This document shows positions 56,897 to 60,259 of a stretch of DNA of 60,259 nucleotides, in pieces. The DNA comes from a virus (Duplodnaviria > Caudoviricetes): IMG/VR virus record IMGVR_UViG_3300010316_001058, positions 1-60,259 of that record; one strand, given 5' to 3'. The position numbers and the translations under genes are program-made. Each line of letters begins with the position of its first letter. The first letter of the stretch is position 1. Under the pieces are notes generated by a model that saw only the letters and a list, made by a program, of their open reading frames with translations, did not search any database and had not been told where the DNA came from.

Positions 56897-59008
56897 TCAA
56901 AGACCCGCTAACCTTGAGATGTCATTTAGTTCTTGTGATTCTTTTTCACTGTCTAATGGAGTCAACCGCCAGTGTCTAAACTCTGTTTGGTCTAATGTTT
57001 TAGTTACTCGTTTGCCTCTAACTGTTTCGCGATACTTTACTGGAGTGTCTAGTTTTACTAACACGTCTCCCAGTGTGCTTGGCTTGATTACTTCTCCTGT
57101 GATGAATCCGCCTTGTGGATAGATTTTAGTAGGATGCCAATCGCCGAGTCTATCCTTTTTCATAAAAGGACTTGTACCACGTACATTTATGCGAACACGT
57201 TGACCTGGTTCGAACTTTTCAGCCGCATCACGATCTTTATCAAAACGCTTCTTAATCATTGAGGTTTGATATTCTGAACTTTTATCAAAATCAGTTCTTT
57301 TCTTAGCGTTGCCTGGGGGTAGATCTAAACTCATTTGATCGTCATCTGCTTCTTGAATGTCAGGTTCTCTAAATCCATAACGCTCTGATACAAGATTGTT
57401 AACCTGCTCTATAAATCCCTTTGCCGGATCAATGAACTGATCGCCGTATTCTTTTTCTACCATCGTTAGTACTGATGTTTCGCCTTTTGGAAACTGGCCT
57501 GTGTGCCTGTCAAAATATGATAGAATAAATTCACCTAGTGGTATTTGTGGTTTTTCAGGTACATCTTTGTCTGGCATTTCATCATAGTCGTCAGCGTCGC
57601 CTTCGCCGAACTGTCCCATAGATTGATTAAACAGTTCTTCTAATTCTTCTTCTTCTTTTACGCAAGAGCCTTTTTCACCGCGTGTCTTGCCTGGTACTTT
57701 TTTATAACCGTCCCGGCACTTGTCATAAACTTTGCTGTTACCGTGTGCTTCGTCTACTTCTTTATCTTTTTTATTTTTGTTTGTATTACCTAATTTATCA
57801 TTTATATCAGCTAATGTTTTCGAAGTTACAGGACCTAATTTTTTACGCTTTTCAGCAGCATCTGCTTGTGCTTTTTTAGATGCTTTATCCATATTACTAT
57901 GCCATGCTTCTTCTACTTCTTTGTCTTTTTTGTACTTTTCAGGATCGCCTGTTCCGCCGCAATCCGGGCAACTCTTTGGGCAAGATTCGTCACAGTCATT
58001 TGCTGCTTCGCCTAGTAAATCATCCGGGCCCAGTGCTTTGGTCTTTGTACCTTCTTTTACTAGATTATAAATGTACGGAAATACATCTGATAATTCTTCA
58101 TTAAACTGTTTAATAGTAAGTTGGTCAACCCAGTTTTCAGCAACATCCTCAGGAACATCTTCGAACATCGGAGTTTCAAAACCGTCAACTGCTTCGCGAT
58201 AATAGTTAGGCTTTTGAAGATTTTCTATAGTCTTCTTTACAGTTACAATGCGTTCTCTAACAATATCCATATAATCAGCAAGGCTTTCTGCCATTACCGA
58301 ACTGCGACCCATATAGTTTTTAAACTTACGAAGCTTTGACATTTCTTCTGAAAGTCCAGTAATGTGTCCGCCGAAATCATCGTATGGCTTTCCGCCTTCA
58401 CTTACGTGACGTGCCATTGCTCTAGCACCGTTTAAGTGACGGAATGGATATTTAAATCGCTCGCCTTCTGCACTTTCAATATAAATGTTGCTAATGTTTC
58501 TTGTTCTTGCGCCTGGCATTTCTTGATTGATGCTTTCATTATGCTTAATAACAATTCTTGCATTGTCTACATCTTGATAGCTAATTCTTCCAGTACCATA
58601 AAGTTTAGATTCGTTCATCGAATATTCTCCGAAGTTATTCTGTGAAAGGAATTTGTAATCCCTTTTTGTAAGGTTTGTTTTTGTAATGTCTCTAACGTCA
58701 AAGTCTAGCATACGCTTCTTTGAAAAACGTCTTAGTTCTTTAAGAAACTCATACCAATTATCTTTAGTAGTTTCGTCTTCATCTTCAACAAAGTCTTTTG
58801 AATAGATTACAGCTAGTCTGTTATCGTCTGATAAGCTAACTGAAACTTTGCCTAGCGGTCTTTCTGATTCAGTATATTCAAAATCAAAGAATCGTGCATC
58901 GCCTGGCTCATTGGTAATGTTGCCTGCTTCGTCGCCAATTGTTACGTTTGGAAAACGACCGCGAATCTTATTAAAAAGATCTTCACTTATTTTACTTAAA
59001 TCCATCAT
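56897..59008 (-). CDS. large late hypothetical protein (possibly head-associated)
   Basis: TAAATA box; follows terminase; low-complexity acidic/basic middle; ends ISRLAGL. Confidence 0.7.
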   Translation of the reverse strand: MMDLSKISEDLFNKIRGRFPNVTIGDEAGNITNEPGDARFFDFEYTESERPLGKVSVSLSDDNRLAVIYSKDFVEDEDETTKDNWYEFLKELRRFSKKRMLDFDVRDITKTNLTKRDYKFLSQNNFGEYSMNESKLYGTGRISYQDVDNARIVIKHNESINQEMPGARTRNISNIYIESAEGERFKYPFRHLNGARAMARHVSEGGKPYDDFGGHITGLSEEMSKLRKFKNYMGRSSVMAESLADYMDIVRERIVTVKKTIENLQKPNYYREAVDGFETPMFEDVPEDVAENWVDQLTIKQFNEELSDVFPYIYNLVKEGTKTKALGPDDLLGEAANDCDESCPKSCPDCGGTGDPEKYKKDKEVEEAWHSNMDKASKKAQADAAEKRKKLGPVTSKTLADINDKLGNTNKNKKDKEVDEAHGNSKVYDKCRDGYKKVPGKTRGEKGSCVKEEEELEELFNQSMGQFGEGDADDYDEMPDKDVPEKPQIPLGEFILSYFDRHTGQFPKGETSVLTMVEKEYGDQFIDPAKGFIEQVNNLVSERYGFREPDIQEADDDQMSLDLPPGNAKKRTDFDKSSEYQTSMIKKRFDKDRDAAEKFEPGQRVRINVRGTSPFMKKDRLGDWHPTKIYPQGGFITGEVIKPSTLGDVLVKLDTPVKYRETVRGKRVTKTLDQTEFRHWRLTPLDSEKESQELNDISRLAGL

Positions 59009-59020
59009 ACTGTATTTATG

Positions 59021-60259
59021 TCAAACGTTTGAACTTATAAAGATTGGCATCGGTGGCTCGTAATCTGCTTCGTGTTCTGCTTGCACAAACGTATCGTACA
59101 CACGAGGATCCCAATCTTTCAATACCACCATCATTCTTATAGCAAGCAATGATGCACTAACTAAGTCATCTGTTTGTCCATTTTTTGCTTGATAACTGCT
59201 GCCTGTTGCAACATAGTTTTTAAGTTCTGAAATAAATGGCTTGGACCGCACTGCCATTTTATCATTTTCTATCATTGTTTTTAGTCTGCTACATGCCGAA
59301 ATCTTTGTTGCGTGTGTAGTATTAAACCCTTTGCGGAATTTTCTTACGTGTCCTTTTCTAATAGGCTCACTTACAAATAGTCCGGGAATATTTTCTTCAC
59401 CTATATCGTTAATAACAATAAGAGCAGCTTCGCCTAAACTGTTGTTTTCCACACTCCAATAGATGCCTTGAGGGTTTTTTGTTTGTTCTTCAAGGTACAT
59501 ACAGATATCTTTTAGCACTCGTATTTGTCCCGGAATAGCAGTTGTATTATGTTGCCATTCTGCTACCTGCTCATAAGTAGGTAATTCAAATACTTGAATA
59601 GCTGCGTTGTCGCCTCCAGTTCCCATACTGGGATCAAGTGCCACAACGTATGTATATGACGGCGAGGGTTTTTTGTACCAGCGTGTTTGGCCCATATTAA
59701 TAATAGGTGCATCGCCTCCCATTGATGCTAGCTTAATTGAATTGATTAGTGTTTCGTCAAATACAAGGAATTCACAACCGTATTCACGACGGAATTTCTC
59801 TTCGCCAATTCTGCCAATCTCGTCGCGCTTCCAATCTTCGTCTCTGTCTGGATGTTCACTCCAGTGAGATCTAAATGAGTGAAACCCGTTTTTGCCCAAT
59901 GGTTGTTCATTACCGTGCTCGTCAAACTTGTCGTCTGCTGCTTTCCAAATAGTAGCAAATGTGTCTTCGTCTGAGTTAGGTGTACTTGTAAGAATTGCGC
60001 GTCCACCTGTTGCTAGTGTAGGTGAAATTGACGTCCAGAATTCTTCAGCAATGTTAGGTTGCACAAATGCAAACTCGTCACATTGATGTGAATTAATTTC
60101 GTTTGCTATTATTACATGATTCTCGGCATTAAAAATTTCATATGTATGCTCTAATACTATATCTTCAAGTTTGATTATTTTTTTAACAGTATTATAGGAA
60201 TCTAATATATCTCCTACCTTTAAGTCAATTACTTTTATTTCTTTTTTATTAGAAAAAAA
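59021..60259 (-). CDS. terminase large subunit, 3' part (5' truncated by window), intein-containing
   Basis: CDEFAFV Walker B, TSTP, F.REY.CEF, DPSMG.G.D, VENN, DDLV; frame open to window edge. Confidence 0.92.
   Translation of the reverse strand, partial: FFSNKKEIKVIDLKVGDILDSYNTVKKIIKLEDIVLEHTYEIFNAENHVIIANEINSHQCDEFAFVQPNIAEEFWTSISPTLATGGRAILTSTPNSDEDTFATIWKAADDKFDEHGNEQPLGKNGFHSFRSHWSEHPDRDEDWKRDEIGRIGEEKFRREYGCEFLVFDETLINSIKLASMGGDAPIINMGQTRWYKKPSPSYTYVVALDPSMGTGGDNAAIQVFELPTYEQVAEWQHNTTAIPGQIRVLKDICMYLEEQTKNPQGIYWSVENNSLGEAALIVINDIGEENIPGLFVSEPIRKGHVRKFRKGFNTTHATKISACSRLKTMIENDKMAVRSKPFISELKNYVATGSSYQAKNGQTDDLVSASLLAIRMMVVLKDWDPRVYDTFVQAEHEADYEPPMPIFISSNV
60083..60259 (-). mobile_element. 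intein (C-terminal part) ending His-Gln before Cys+1
   Basis: ..IKVIDLKVGDIL..TYEIFNAENHVIIANEINSHQ|CDEFAF. Confidence 0.8.

Noticed and set aside
1-60259. Alternative genetic code or stop-codon reassignment
   Set aside because: Core genes are full length in the standard code and no suppressor tRNA is present

Overview
Segment of a large T4-like (myovirus-type) dsDNA phage, probably infecting an alphaproteobacterium (it carries the C4-pathway ALA synthase hemA). Four zones: (i) 1-8.3 kb, auxiliary and late small genes (hemA, DUF454/YbaN, HNH, YqgE/AlgH, two internally deleted homing endonucleases); (ii) 7.9-9.4 kb, a repeat-rich non-coding block with IHF-like boxes; (iii) 9.4-27.8 kb, a visibly GC-richer early/host-takeover region of about 41 sigma70 promoter-hairpin cassettes driving small genes, plus 3 tRNAs, an AAA ATPase and a SleB-like hydrolase; (iv) 29.9-60.3 kb, AT-rich core genes mostly on the minus strand (DnaB/gp41 helicase, primase, a 186-aa mini-DnaE, def, gp62-like, kdsA, UvsW, a glycosyltransferase cluster, UvsY, UvsX, gp32, and an intein-containing terminase). 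The top candidate new system is a ~185-nt structured non-coding RNA behind the AAA ATPase (20842-21024). Its three hairpin loops display (U)UGCCCU, the reverse complement of the AGG(G)CAA motif at the 5' end of about 33 early transcripts, suggesting a one-RNA/many-target switch for the early region. Other notable patterns: homing endonucleases flanked by recoded duplicates of their target gene ends, a covarying RNA leader on two mini-endonucleases, widespread apparently leaderless genes, and an A10 tract that would fuse two glycosyltransferases. All calls are by eye from motifs; no database searches or folding programs were run.
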